NCBI GenBank assembly: GCA_052426225.1
Contig: JBNJNM010000011.1
Span: 4,278,001 to 4,342,000 of the forward strand
Length of the DNA: 64,000 nt
Direction: 5' to 3'
DNA from: Zancudomyces culisetae HAW-14-8
Taxonomy: Eukaryota; Fungi; Kickxellomycota
Shown here: in pieces, positions 46,738-58,543 of the stretch
Layout of the letters: every line of letters starts with the position of its first letter
Position numbering within the stretch: the first letter of the stretch is position 1
Notes under the pieces: generated by a model
Seen by the model: the letters and a program-made list of their open reading frames with translations, nothing else
Told to the model about the DNA's origin: nothing
Databases searched by the model: none
Position numbers and translations under genes: made by a program

Positions 46738-47898
46738 TTAGTGGCATTTCTGTTTTTCAGTAATGTAGTAAAAAAGGGACTTGGTGGGCATAGGCAAAAA
46801 CCGATTGGTAGTTTTTTGATAGAGGGAGTAGTAGGGATATTTGGAGGATGAAATGGACTCTGTTAGCCTGGTGCTAAAATGGAACAGCAGCAACAACACA
46901 AGTACTCCAGGGGAAAAATAAATCAGAATATCTTGATGAACACCAATTTGTGAGCAAAATAAAATAGTTAGAGGATAAAGAAGGATTAATACCCAGAAAG
47001 ATTGTTCGGCAAAGTAGTTTGGATGTCTGGATAGTCTAAAGAGGCCGGAGCAATTGAACCCAAGGGAGGTATAGCGTAAACTTTTGTCGGTGGATTTGTG
47101 ATGTTTTGAGTGGGCTGAGGATTTCAGTTTATGAAAGTTCCACACTTGCTGATCAGATACAGTTTCGAACAGAATGCAAGAAAGAAGCAGGCCATAAAAG
47201 ACATGATCGATTGGTGGGAAACTTGTAATAATGTTAAGCACCTCAAGTTGGTATACCAGGTATACCGGAAAAGTTATTGCTAACAGTAAAATGCTTTGAA
47301 AAAGGCTCGTGAAGAAAAAGTTGAAGAGCTCCCAGAATAAAGCGTTATTTACCTTATTTTGTATGATCGACCATCTGTAGTCCTGCTCGCTTAAACTGTA
47401 TCCTCCTCTTCGATAAAAGTTGTATGTTAACCTCAGCCCCCATATCATAACTAGAAAGCTTACTGTCCATAACCGATAATATTTTAATATACTGGCATAT
47501 ACCAAATTTATCCAACTCAAATCAATATATCTTCCCCCGTATACCGTTATTCCATCAATAAGCTTCTTTTCTCCTAAATAAGTCCCTAGTATCTCGCTTG
47601 TTATCGTTATATAGTAACAGTAGTATGCCGAGTATATTATTGGTGTTATTGACCATATTCTATCTATATATGAGTAATTTCGTTTCTTTTCCCTTCCCAC
47701 TGGTAACAGTGAAAGTAACCAACATCCAAATGCCGAACCTAGGCACAGAAGTGTATTGAAAATTAATGGATCCGGATAGTTAGTTATATATTCTAAACCC
47801 CCTGCTGCGATCCTGCTTCCCCCATTGCTTCTGAGTGTATAAGTCACGTATTTTTGCCAAAATTCTTCATAGGTTTCGAGGGGTGTTGTAAAATCCAT
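46738..47898 (-). CDS. DUF1295 (steroid 5-alpha-reductase/ICMT clan) membrane protein, copy 1
   Basis: NYSYIDRIWSITP, WGLRLTYNFYRRGGY...DYRW, ETVSDQQ, GLFRLSRHPNYFAEQSFW, TESISSSKYPYY..YQ; multiple TM segments. Confidence 0.88.
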   Translation of the reverse strand: MDFTTPLETYEEFWQKYVTYTLRSNGGSRIAAGGLEYITNYPDPLIFNTLLCLGSAFGCWLLSLLPVGREKKRNYSYIDRIWSITPIIYSAYYCYYITITSEILGTYLGEKKLIDGITVYGGRYIDLSWINLVYASILKYYRLWTVSFLVMIWGLRLTYNFYRRGGYSLSEQDYRWSIIQNKVNNALFWELFNFFFTSLFQSILLLAITFPVYLVYQLEVLNIITSFPPIDHVFYGLLLSCILFETVSDQQVWNFHKLKSSAHSKHHKSTDKSLRYTSLGFNCSGLFRLSRHPNYFAEQSFWVLILLYPLTILFCSQIGVHQDILIYFSPGVLVLLLLFHFSTRLTESISSSKYPYYSLYQKTTNRFLPMPTKSLFYYITEKQKCH

Positions 47899-48799
47899 CT
47901 TCGAGGTTGATAAAATTAATGCTTTACTCTTAAGACTTTGTTTTTTTTAGAGAGTTTTTTATTTATTTTTGCATTTAATCATAAGAAATAAATCGAAAAT
48001 TATAAAAGAAGGCTAATTTGATTAACTAGGAAAAAACACTGGCAGTTTTGCAACAGCTGGGTTAACGGCCTATTTTTTCTTTTGCTCCCACCATTCCTAT
48101 TTTGAATGCGCGATTCCAGTTTGTTCAGTGTTCTTTTCCATCATTTTGTTTCGTTGCAAAGAAAAAAATTTGATAAACTGCATATATATATTTATTTGTA
48201 TATTGATTATTATCTAATAGCTGACTATTTATTTGCTGAAACCCCACCAATTAAAGCAAGAGTGGGTAGAAAATGTTTTCTTAGAATGATGACCCCCACC
48301 TCATGTATTCCTGTATTTAAAGTTCACGTGCCAATATAATCATAAACTGTACAAAGCTATGTCCGCAAAAATACAGAAAAGTGTATACTCGTCAATGCAA
48401 ACACAAGAAACGTATCTTTACCCACCACTAATACCATTTACTCTGATCTTCATCGTTTTGAGGTGGGGGAGAATGAGGATGAAAATAAAAATGGAGTTAA
48501 TAACCTGATCAACTAGAAAAGATAACCCTTAAAATTTTATCTTTGATAGCTGACCCTCTTGAATATCATTTATATAATTTCAAAAACCACTTTAATTCAG
48601 TTAGTTTCTTTCATGACACAGGAGGAACGATATGAAGAAATGTATATAGTTGATTCCATAAAACACTGACTTCATTGGTCAAGTCCAATCATAGGTTTTA
48701 TTTCTTCGCTTTGGACTACTCATTCACAGGCTTTTTATTCATTAGTTGTGTAAAATAAACTAAGATCAAACCAAAACAAGTATTATAACACAAAATTTC

Positions 48800-50059
48800 T
48801 TATTCGGATTTGTTGTTTGCAAGTACATTTTCAACAAAAGAGGTGCTCGAAGCGAAGGCAGGCCATGGCAAAAGCACACTTGTACTCTTTTGATAGAGTG
48901 TGTAGTATCGATACTTTTTTGCCGAAAGAGACTCCGTCAACCTGATACTAAGTACAAATACCACAAAGAATATAGCAGGGAATATCAGAAAGCCAAGTGA
49001 AATAGAAAATACTTCGATGCCATTAACACTGCCGCCAGTGCGGGAAAGTGGCGATGTTAACAAAACAAACACCGGGTACATGAAAATTAGCACCCAAAAC
49101 GAGACATCAGCGAAATAGTTTGGATGCCTTGAGAGACCAAACAACCCAGTACAGTTAAATCCAATAACAGAGTAGTACAGGTGATCAAGATCGTTAGTTT
49201 TGATTGCATTACCACCTTTGGACCGGCTACTAGCTTTTTTCTCGTCAGTTTTTTCTCCATTCCCTGACGCTGATTGTTTTTGAAGGTACTGTCTTTTCCT
49301 TTTTTGAAAGTCTGACATTTGTTTATCAGAAATAGCTTCCAGAGCAACACTACCTAGGAGCAAAAGGTAAAAAAAGTAATCGACAGCTGTCAAGGAAGTG
49401 GATAATGTGTTGGATAACTCCAGTTGATACAGCAAATAAACCGGGACAGTCATAAAAAGTGACAAGAGATTTTGAAAAAGCCCAATAAACAAAAAGTTGT
49501 ATATCTCCCAGCTAATTTTGCGTTTAAATCGAGATTTTATCACCAACCATCGATAATCCTGTTCATCAAGTGAATAATACCCGCGTCGATAGAAATGATG
49601 AGTGAGTCTAGCTCCCCAAATAGTTACAATAGCACAGACCACCCACATCCGGGAGTACCGCGCAATACTGTTACAAATTACGTTTAAACTTTCCAAAGAG
49701 ACATATTTTCCAAACAATTCAGTACCAACAACCAGGTTTTTTCCGCCTGTGTAATCTCGTAGTGAGTTGTCGTGTACTATCAAATAATACAAATTATATC
49801 CAGAGTAAAATATTGGTGCGAGTCCCCATACCCTGTCCCCATACGAATAGTTGCGCGCTTTTTTATTCTTTTTCCCCACAGGTATAAGCGAAAGTATCCA
49901 GCACACAATGCCAATCGCTAGTGATAGAGATAAATTGAAAATCATCGGCTCAGTAAAGCTAGTCACCGTGTTTAGTCCGGTAGGCTGCTTACCCGTCCCG
50001 CTTCCTCTTATGCCTCCAAGATACTCTACAATTGTTCCAAAAGGTGTTCTTAATTCCAT
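48800..50059 (-). CDS. DUF1295 membrane protein, copy 2 (tandem paralog)
   Basis: NYSYGDRVW, WGARLTHHFYRRGYY...DYRW, EAISDKQ, GLFGLSRHPNYFADVSFW, TESLSAKKY..Y..YQ. Confidence 0.88.
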   Translation of the reverse strand: MELRTPFGTIVEYLGGIRGSGTGKQPTGLNTVTSFTEPMIFNLSLSLAIGIVCWILSLIPVGKKNKKARNYSYGDRVWGLAPIFYSGYNLYYLIVHDNSLRDYTGGKNLVVGTELFGKYVSLESLNVICNSIARYSRMWVVCAIVTIWGARLTHHFYRRGYYSLDEQDYRWLVIKSRFKRKISWEIYNFLFIGLFQNLLSLFMTVPVYLLYQLELSNTLSTSLTAVDYFFYLLLLGSVALEAISDKQMSDFQKRKRQYLQKQSASGNGEKTDEKKASSRSKGGNAIKTNDLDHLYYSVIGFNCTGLFGLSRHPNYFADVSFWVLIFMYPVFVLLTSPLSRTGGSVNGIEVFSISLGFLIFPAIFFVVFVLSIRLTESLSAKKYRYYTLYQKSTSVLLPWPAFASSTSFVENVLANNKSE

Positions 50060-50742
50060 CTTTATACTCTTGGATTAAAAGTCAATTTTTTTAGTCTATT
50101 AAGCCATTTTATTCTGACCTTGATAGTTATATAATAAACTCATTTGACAAAAAAAATTTTTTCGACCTAGCTTGTTAATCTTTTTATTGAATGTGAATTT
50201 TTACCACTCTCTGACAAATTGACTTGGCATTAACCATTTTCCAAACTCAGCCTCCAAAACATCGGGTGAGGACTGATTTCATTGGAACTACACAAAGCTT
50301 GCCTATTTCTTCCTGTAATATTGAAGCTTTTACACAGCCAAGACCTTGCTGCTGACTAATGCAAATAATTTGTAAAGATAATCACGTCTAAGTATAGGTC
50401 AATATTATCGCATAGTCTATTGGCAGGATTAATAAATCTTCCCCTGATAATTACTTTTTATTCTTTTCATCTAGTGCTGTGTTTTCTTTGGTTGTCACTG
50501 CATATTTTGTTCCGTTTTTAACGATATCTATGTTTATTGTTATTCTACTTGTATTAAGCCAAATACAACAACTATCATTGGTTTGAAGACTATTTGTTAA
50601 AAATAATTCCCAGTCCTCCTCCGTTTTTTCTATTTTTTTCTATTTTATTCTACTATATTCTTTTTTATATGTTCCTTTTGACTTTTCTTTCCCATTGTTT
50701 GACAATCGTGCCTTGGTAACTTGTAGACAAATCCATGAATTA

Positions 50743-50819
50743 CAAGAATAATAATAACAAAAGCAATAATAACAATACCAGTAACAATAACAATAATAAA
50801 AATAACAACAATAATAATA
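50743..50819 (+). repeat. Imperfect (AAT/AAC)n microsatellite
   Basis: aataataataacaaaagcaataataacaataccagtaacaataacaataataaaaataacaacaataataat; explains the spurious Ile/Val-rich ORF 50645..50848. Confidence 0.7.
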
Positions 50820-51018
50820 GTATGGGTATAGTAAAATGTTAAATGCAAAAATATTTTAAATGCATTTGGATTTAAAGGTTCGATAGTTTATTTGGTATGC
50901 AGACCACTTAGGGAACTGAACCGCATCAGTTCATTACACTAGCAGATAATTATAATAAAATAAACAAATCAAATATTAGTGATAAACACAATTTTAAGAA
51001 GTGAGTGGTAAAGAGAAC

Positions 51019-52413
51019 TTAAAGCTTAGATATTGGGGTGGATGAGGAACAGGCAAGAGCATGTACCGATTGTTGAGCATGAGGTGAATGCAAACGCTGA
51101 GGTATTTTGCCCATGTTTTCAACAAGACGCAGTTTGTGCATTCCAGCATTCAAATAAATTCGATGTAGTGGCTGGGCTGCATTATCAGCACTTGTAGACT
51201 TTGATGGAGCGTTTGGTGTTGAACTTTCAATAATAGGTGACTGAGAAGTATGACCCGGATACTGATAGTCACCATTGAATAGCAACACCTGCTGTTTTTG
51301 CTGTTTTTTCTTGGCTTCAGCATCGCGATTGCCATCACTAGATGGCGGGGGCTTTTGCTTTAGTAAAGCAGGTGTAATTGGCTCTACTAAATGCGAGTGA
51401 GTATCAACATATTTTTTTAGCTCTTGGAATGTTGCAAATTGTGCAATAACATTTAGCATATAGTACTGGGGAGGGTACAGGATTATCTTGTTTTCTTTGT
51501 TGCTGTGAAAGTCGTCAAGATACTGACCAGGTGTTGACCAAAATAATTTTACAACTTCGTTTGATTGGAGTTTGTAGCTGTCATTCGATTTATAAATTTG
51601 ATGATGTATCAAGTTATGCATATTCTGGTCTTCTTGGTTGCTAGAATCCAATTCCAGCTCCTTTGGGAGATTCAGCATGTAGAAATAGGTGTCAAACCGT
51701 TTTGGAATGTGAGTCGGTGTGATCCAATGCGCAAATAAACTCAAGTCGTTAATACTGAATATACCCTTTTTATTGTTATACTGAGCGTCCTTGTGTGTCC
51801 CGATGTCGACACTACCGCTACCAGTGGCATTTGTGCTATCGTTTTTTAGACCTTGGAGCAGATCCAAACCTGTTTCCTCAAACGTCTCGCGCAACGAACA
51901 AATTTTTAGTGCAGTTTGGGTATCAATATTACCATCAACATATTTAGAGGCCAATTTGTAGTCCGATTGCTCCTCGAGTTTCCCCCCTGGGAAAACCACA
52001 GCACCTCCAAAATTTCCACTCCCAACCCTAAGAATATTCAATGTAGATGTATACCTGAATGTTCAGAATTACCACAAATGTAAATATATCCTAAGATAGA
52101 GCTCGAATTACCTTTGGGTCATCAACAGCTCGTAGTTGCATTTAAGCTTACGTGCCTTTGCCTTGTCAAGTATTGGTCTCGTGACTATTATTCTGTAAAT
52201 ATAGAGTTGTGTTGGTGTTGAATGCTTGGTGCTTGAATGGGCATTTGCCTATGATCACAGACGAAACAGAAAAAAATACACACACACACACATGAATATA
52301 TAAAAAAAGTGTTTTCTACCGTGTGTTCTCAAGGGTCAAGCGAAGTAATAAAAAAAAAGGACTTACGAGCTTGAGGGGATGGGTACATGGAATGGAAGTT
52401 TTGCAGCAGGCAT
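51019..52413 (-). CDS. NUDT19-like Nudix hydrolase (acyl-CoA diphosphatase), peroxisomal; exons 52413-52367, 52192-52112, 52027-51019
   Basis: Spliced PIPSSSIIV...YELLMTQR...FGGAVVFPGG; interrupted Nudix box ALKICSLRETFEETG; HWITP...RFDTYFY; LYPPQYY; C-terminal PTS1 -SKL. Confidence 0.87.
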
Positions 52414-52855
52414 ATTTCTTTACTCTGGTTTGTTTATTGTGAAATGTAAAGAAAATAGTTTTGTATAAGAAATAGGGAATGGATTCTAATAGCTGCCTTT
52501 TTGAAGTTCAGTCTGTGCTTAGTTTCGGGTAATGTACATATGTATATTATAAACTCCTAAGCAGACCAACGAAATGGAACCCAACACACAATCTGTAGTA
52601 CTGGTTTACCAACAATTTTAAGGGATAGTTTGTTTTGAGTTGAAACCCCCCCCCCCCCCACCATGTGAAAAATGACAAGTACGTGTTAAGAAAATTTTAC
52701 TACTTAGGCTGGAATCGCCAATACGTTATAAAAACACATGATAAAAAAAGGGGGGAAAGGTGTGAATGGAAATACGATGAAAAAAGACAGATAAAATTAC
52801 AAAAAAAAAGAGTAAAGAGATGAATGCGATTTAATTTAGGTTGGTATGGGCTAGT

Positions 52856-55411
52856 TTAGTCAAGAGAAGTTTCATGGTCGATATCGCGAATCAGGTCGGC
52901 AAACTCTTCGTCATCAAATTCATCGACACTGTCGATGTCCTCATCCCCATTTTTGTCTTTACTATCGGAATCATTGGTTAGCACGTTGGTTTTCAAGTCA
53001 GTAAGTGGGTCTGATAAGAGTTTTGGTCTTTTGCCATTTGGTAGTAAATCATCCACATAGTCAGCGGAGTATAGCGGTTTCGCCTCTTTCACATCTTCCA
53101 CTTCCTTCTCCTCATTTTCTTCATTTTCTTCATTTTCCTCATCAATTTTATCTTCATCTTCATCTTCATTTTCGGTTTCATTCTCGTTTTCACCAGAAGT
53201 ATGTTCAGAATCAGAGCCATCTGACTGGTCAAAATCAGATAGTTCGTTTAGTTCACGATCAACTTCAGCCCAGTCCACATGATCGACCAAGCTCTCGATT
53301 TGCACGGCTTCTTTGGCATTGGGCTGGTTGTCCGAACCAGCGACCCCGGTATCAATCTCTGTTTGAATGGCATACCCAGCTGTATTTTGACCTTCGATTT
53401 CAAGTTGACTCGATGTAATCGAGGATATTGATGAGGCTAACTGATCTTTAATGTCAAATGGGACTACAACAGTCGCATTGCTATTATTGTTGTTGAGGTT
53501 GCTATCTGTGTTATAGTTGAATAATAAGAATGGACGCTCATCAACCCACTCCCACTTGCTGAACACTTGGTGCAGCCAGTTAAGGTTGACCACAGCCACG
53601 ATGCTCTTTTTTGGTTTTGTGTTTTGATCGTCTTTCTGCTCCTTCTGTTCAAGTTGAATATCAAGTGAGATTTGTTTTGCACGTCTAACTTTTTCGGTAA
53701 TGCTGGTTTGCGAAATTATCGTGTTGGAAACAACTACATGTGTTGTTGTCTCGTCGACAACTCCAGAGCTGACGCAGATTGCTCCAAACTGCTCAGTCAT
53801 TTTCCACAGCTCAGTTTGCCTACCATCAATACCACTACTAAAGATACCACTGAATACAATTCTGGCTCCCTTTAAAGCTTGACTTTTAAATGAATTCATT
53901 ATTAGTGATACTGGTAAAGAACCAACTTTATCCTCATCACGGTAGAACGAAGAGTGAATTCGCTCCAAAACATTCAACAAATTCTCCAACTCAGCGTCTC
54001 GATCCACAATAAGCTTCTCTTTAGTTAGCTTTTCAACCTGCTCTAACTGTACATCGTTGTTTTTTTTCTCAGTTTTGTCATCATCAACCCTAACGGCATT
54101 CTCACTATTGTTATTTGTGCGCACTGCGTTGATATCACCAACACCGCCAAAGAAGCTGTATGGCCGAACTTTAACCAAATTGTCGCTCCATTGCCAGATA
54201 TCTCCACGATCATCAATCACCACAACCATGCTGTCATCGCATGGAAATAGCCGCTTAATCGACTTGTGTGTGATTGAACCGGATTCATCGCGCGATAAAA
54301 TTCGTTCTTGAAAATACTCGTGATTCGGATCAACCAGTTTGGCTACTCTCTCGGCATAGCTACGCGTGCCCATCGTGTAAATATGCATCTCATATTTTTC
54401 TTTTAGGCGCTCTAAAAATATCCCTAGCTTTGGCCGTTGCTTGATGTAGTATCGCATACGTGGGTTTTCAGGGAGCACAAAATACCCGAGCTCGGGGAAC
54501 AAGCTATAGACTTCTTTAGTAGATGTTGTACCAGGCATTTGTGAATTTTGCTGTTCTTGTTCTTGTTCTTGTTCCTGTCCCTGTTCTTGCTCTTTTTCAC
54601 CTTTCTGTGGTGATTTTGTTTTAGAGTTAGAGCTTTCGCCCAAATCGTGGTTTTCTATAATCCACTTTTCAAACGCATGATTACTGTCTTCTTCCGTTGC
54701 AAATGCATGGATAATCGTTTGATCCAGATCCACAATCAAGCTCAACTTGCGCTCATTCAACAACCGCTGTGAAGTCTCACGCTCGAGCCTTTCCGCCTCT
54801 TCTCGAGTCACCAGTAAGCCTGTTATCTGATGAGTCATCGAAATTTTGGCCATATCCTCCTCCCCTGCCGCTTTCTCCTGCTCCAGGTGTCTTTTTCTCT
54901 TCAGCTGCAAATGTCGCTGTGCTTCCCGTTCGCGTTGCTCTCGCTCCCTTTCCTGTTGCTCTTGCTGTAGGATTTCAAAACTCAAATCCTTACCGCATAT
55001 CGAACACAGCTTGTTGAATACCACAGCATGGCTACATTCTTCTTTTACTTGCGCTATCTCCAGATCTCCTGCCTCACCGCCAGCACCCAGCTCCTGATCT
55101 TCCCTGACTGTAAGCCGCTCAACTTTTCCAGAATACTTGCTGTATAAGATCTCTCGCACTCGTGTCTTCATACTGGATCTTGTACCTTGTACTTCAAGCA
55201 GAGCTTCTTCGAGTACCTCATCCCGCTGTACCTGTCCACCGATCCGGATATCCTTCTCATTGCTGTTAACTCCACGTTCATTCTTTATGTCATGCTCATA
55301 GTAACATATCTCCTGACCCTTCTCGACCTGCTGTCCTTCCTGCACTTTGAGCCTAATTATTTTGGCCGGCAAATGTTCCCTTGGTATTTTAATTTTTTGT
55401 ACTTTTTCCAT
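52856..55411 (-). CDS. FCP1: RNA polymerase II CTD phosphatase Fcp1
   Basis: CSHAVVFNKLCSICGKD, catalytic LIVDLDQTIIH, YTMGTRSYA, RILSRDE, LFPCDDSMVVVIDDRGDIW, a BRCT domain (IVFSG...TTHVV...W) and an acidic tail. Confidence 0.96.
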   Translation of the reverse strand: MEKVQKIKIPREHLPAKIIRLKVQEGQQVEKGQEICYYEHDIKNERGVNSNEKDIRIGGQVQRDEVLEEALLEVQGTRSSMKTRVREILYSKYSGKVERLTVREDQELGAGGEAGDLEIAQVKEECSHAVVFNKLCSICGKDLSFEILQQEQQEREREQREREAQRHLQLKRKRHLEQEKAAGEEDMAKISMTHQITGLLVTREEAERLERETSQRLLNERKLSLIVDLDQTIIHAFATEEDSNHAFEKWIIENHDLGESSNSKTKSPQKGEKEQEQGQEQEQEQEQQNSQMPGTTSTKEVYSLFPELGYFVLPENPRMRYYIKQRPKLGIFLERLKEKYEMHIYTMGTRSYAERVAKLVDPNHEYFQERILSRDESGSITHKSIKRLFPCDDSMVVVIDDRGDIWQWSDNLVKVRPYSFFGGVGDINAVRTNNNSENAVRVDDDKTEKKNNDVQLEQVEKLTKEKLIVDRDAELENLLNVLERIHSSFYRDEDKVGSLPVSLIMNSFKSQALKGARIVFSGIFSSGIDGRQTELWKMTEQFGAICVSSGVVDETTTHVVVSNTIISQTSITEKVRRAKQISLDIQLEQKEQKDDQNTKPKKSIVAVVNLNWLHQVFSKWEWVDERPFLLFNYNTDSNLNNNNSNATVVVPFDIKDQLASSISSITSSQLEIEGQNTAGYAIQTEIDTGVAGSDNQPNAKEAVQIESLVDHVDWAEVDRELNELSDFDQSDGSDSEHTSGENENETENEDEDEDKIDEENEENEENEEKEVEDVKEAKPLYSADYVDDLLPNGKRPKLLSDPLTDLKTNVLTNDSDSKDKNGDEDIDSVDEFDDEEFADLIRDIDHETSLD

Positions 55412-56143
55412 TCTGTTTCTCTGCGTTTGGTTAAACTATTCTCATTTTTTAACACTTTCTCCTGTAGCCTAATTCCTACTATCAAATTTAACCACTTGAA
55501 TCCAATCACAAATTTAAATATTCTGTATTTTCTCTACTTGCGACTAATTTATTTTTATTTTTGAAGTTGTATAATTAAAGCACAGTTGATTCTTAGTTTT
55601 AAAGAAAAATAGTTGTAAAGAAAAATAAAAAATAAACGAAAAAAATAGGTCCAATCCTAGGCAAATCTGAACTATTTTTGTTGTGCTGGATTTTGGCGAT
55701 TTTGCCTTATTTTCTGTTTTGCCTTTTCGTGATTTTTCTAGCATTTCTGTTTTTATCACTACTTTTTCAAACTCATCTATATTCTCTTATAAAAAAAAAA
55801 CATTTATTTGCTCAAGTTGGCAAATTCTAAACCTATTCTTTGCTTTTTTATTACTTTATTTCTTTTTATCTAATTTAATAAATGGAATTAAAATATATGC
55901 AATTAGTTTGGATCAATCAAATGATGACTCTAGTTTTTCTGCTTATTATCATACCTATTTTCTCCCATTTTTCCTTCACAACAATTAAACAAAGCAAAGC
56001 ATTGGCGGAACATGCCTTATTCGAATAGTGCCAATGAAAATCACATATATGCATCTGCCAATTATAATAAAGCAGCTTTTTTGTTTGGAATATCCTGTTC
56101 TGCTTATTGTGGTCAACATCAGAAAAAGTAAGAAAAAAATGCT

Positions 56144-58543
56144 TTATTTAACAACTACAAACAACTCTACTTGGCAGCAATCAAACAATTTGTACGGCTT
56201 CAATGTATACAGGTATATTCTCGACATCACATCTGATCTGCACCACAACAACAGCATGTTGGTCAATGGGAGTACCGATTTTTTCCCTGTATGATAATGT
56301 GTCATTGCACTATCGCTTTGCCCATTATCAAGATATGTTTTGTGGTATTCAGAATTGCTGAGCGTTGTCAGAATGTCAATCAAAACCTGATTGGCTGATC
56401 TTTTGTTAGTTTTCATGCCCTCATTATACTCTGCAAGTAGGTCAGCCATTACTGTAGCACTATTTCCACCATTGCCACTATCACCATGATTAGCATTGTC
56501 ATCGTCACCACTATGTCTAGTGGACTGCTCGGGAATGGGGAAGCTAGTTGTGCTATCGATAAAGTATCGCAAATAATCTAGCTGGGCCTTTGGAAACCAT
56601 AGAATGACCCATTTTTGTACTTGATCATCTTCATTAAGCTTGCTTTTATGCAGTGGAGATGGGGGCAGCAAGGCAAACAGCCCATCTATAGTTGATCTGG
56701 TTTGGAGTAGCTGAAATACAAGATAAGAATTGTTTTGTGGGTTGTTCTGGCAAATCGATACAAATGTGTCTAGCAATGCCACCAACCAAAGGGCTTGGAT
56801 CTGATCATGCGATACAACATGTACAATGTCGCTTGCTATTCGCTCAAACAAATCAAGCAAACATCGAACCGATGCCGTGCTGAGATGACCAATCAGGTGC
56901 GAGACATTGCGGATTGTAATGAACAAGCTGGAGTACATCGGCTTAAGTTGCTGGCGTGTATCATTTACAACTAAGTTGTGGGTTGTTTGAATCAAATAGT
57001 CCACATAAGTCATGTTCTCGGTGACCACAATGTTGTGCTGTAGATGAATAGGCACCATCCATTTAAATTCAGTAAAAGGCATAATAACTTGGACACCAAA
57101 CCCTGCTGTTTCGCTGAGCTTGTGAATCAGATGGCCCATTCCCCGAATCATCCCAACATGCGCAGTCTGCCTGTTCGTCACATTGATGATATTGATCAAT
57201 TGTACAAGCATACGCTTCAGTATGTTGTGGTCTCCAAAATACTCTTTGAACTCTCTATTTATGGTGCTCAACTGTGTCAACATCATTACCACTCCGGCCA
57301 CTCGCAACCACTTTACTCTTTCTTCTATTGTCGCATTCGCATTTGCGCCTACACTCATATTTGATCCGCCACCACCCATTTGTGTCGTTGATGATACTGG
57401 CCTACCTGGTATAGTCGGCGTACTCGGTCCACTCTGTGGTACTGACGCTGTCACCGACGATATTGCTGCCGACGACCCCTTGGAAATCGCCTCTACAATC
57501 GACTGTGACCGTTTCATTGCCTGCTCAACTATTTTATAGCCATTGACTATGATCCAATCAGTCTTCTCTTGGCTACTGATTATCTTTTCCACTTCATTAT
57601 AAATCCTTCCTCTTTTTTCCTCGGGTTTACTTTTGGTCATTTTTGCAATTTCGTAATCCAGTATTACATTGAGAATAAGCAGGCTCAACTCAGCTATCTG
57701 TATTTGCTCCTCTCCTGCCTCTGCCCGTTTTCCCAGTAGCCATATTATTTCTCCCCTTTCTATTCCCTTTACTCCACTATTTATGAGGCTCTCAAATACA
57801 CTTCCCAATTTTTTACTTTTACTAAGCTCCTCAAGTATTAAATTGGGTTCTTCTAACACTCTTTGAGGACTCTTAAACATATCCTGAGATACTAGTACTG
57901 TCAATAGTCGAAGAGTTTCTGCTCTATTCGCATAGGTTCGTTGATCTTTTACGCCCGTTTGCTGTCCCCGCTCTTCCCACACTTCCGACTGCCCGTTCTC
58001 AATACAGAACCCCTCTGTAAATAACAATCTAACTATTGTTTCCACCAAACACTGCCCTACCTTTTCCCCATTTAAAAAGCGCTTATCTTTTTCATTGCTT
58101 TTCTGCCCGCTTTGTGTCCATAACACTTTATTTTGTATATCCATCCGCCTTTTTATGTTTGCGTTGATATTTGTATATCTCTCCGGTCTATTGAAATCTT
58201 GTGGTTCACTGAATAAAAAACCCGTTAGTCTAGTCAGCATTCGTATGCAATTTAGCGTCTCCTTCCGTATTTCGTCATCTCCAGCATTCCATCTTGCTGT
58301 GTCTTTGCTATTTTCCAAGAGTTTGCCCACCAGCCTTTTATATAATCTCTTGTAATTTTCGAAACTTACACTCACCAGTTTCTGTACATCCTTGCCTGTT
58401 ACTAGCGAAAATACCTCTGTATCTGTGTTTAAGTCTGTCCAAAACACTCTCCATACTTCTTCTTTAGCCTCTGGTATTTCTTTTTCCTCTATCAAGTTAA
58501 ACACCTTTTTTCTGAACTCCAATTTGCTTCCTTGTCCCCCCAT
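56144..58543 (-). CDS. HID1/Ecm30 (dymeclin-like) Golgi-associated protein
   Basis: Myristoylation-type start MGGQGSKLEFRKKVFNL, then W..FW....T..EVFSL, LNCIRMLTRL, NRAETLRLL and a C-terminal W..S.....IY...LF.....ELF pattern. Confidence 0.8.
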   Translation of the reverse strand: MGGQGSKLEFRKKVFNLIEEKEIPEAKEEVWRVFWTDLNTDTEVFSLVTGKDVQKLVSVSFENYKRLYKRLVGKLLENSKDTARWNAGDDEIRKETLNCIRMLTRLTGFLFSEPQDFNRPERYTNINANIKRRMDIQNKVLWTQSGQKSNEKDKRFLNGEKVGQCLVETIVRLLFTEGFCIENGQSEVWEERGQQTGVKDQRTYANRAETLRLLTVLVSQDMFKSPQRVLEEPNLILEELSKSKKLGSVFESLINSGVKGIERGEIIWLLGKRAEAGEEQIQIAELSLLILNVILDYEIAKMTKSKPEEKRGRIYNEVEKIISSQEKTDWIIVNGYKIVEQAMKRSQSIVEAISKGSSAAISSVTASVPQSGPSTPTIPGRPVSSTTQMGGGGSNMSVGANANATIEERVKWLRVAGVVMMLTQLSTINREFKEYFGDHNILKRMLVQLINIINVTNRQTAHVGMIRGMGHLIHKLSETAGFGVQVIMPFTEFKWMVPIHLQHNIVVTENMTYVDYLIQTTHNLVVNDTRQQLKPMYSSLFITIRNVSHLIGHLSTASVRCLLDLFERIASDIVHVVSHDQIQALWLVALLDTFVSICQNNPQNNSYLVFQLLQTRSTIDGLFALLPPSPLHKSKLNEDDQVQKWVILWFPKAQLDYLRYFIDSTTSFPIPEQSTRHSGDDDNANHGDSGNGGNSATVMADLLAEYNEGMKTNKRSANQVLIDILTTLSNSEYHKTYLDNGQSDSAMTHYHTGKKSVLPLTNMLLLWCRSDVMSRIYLYTLKPYKLFDCCQVELFVVVK

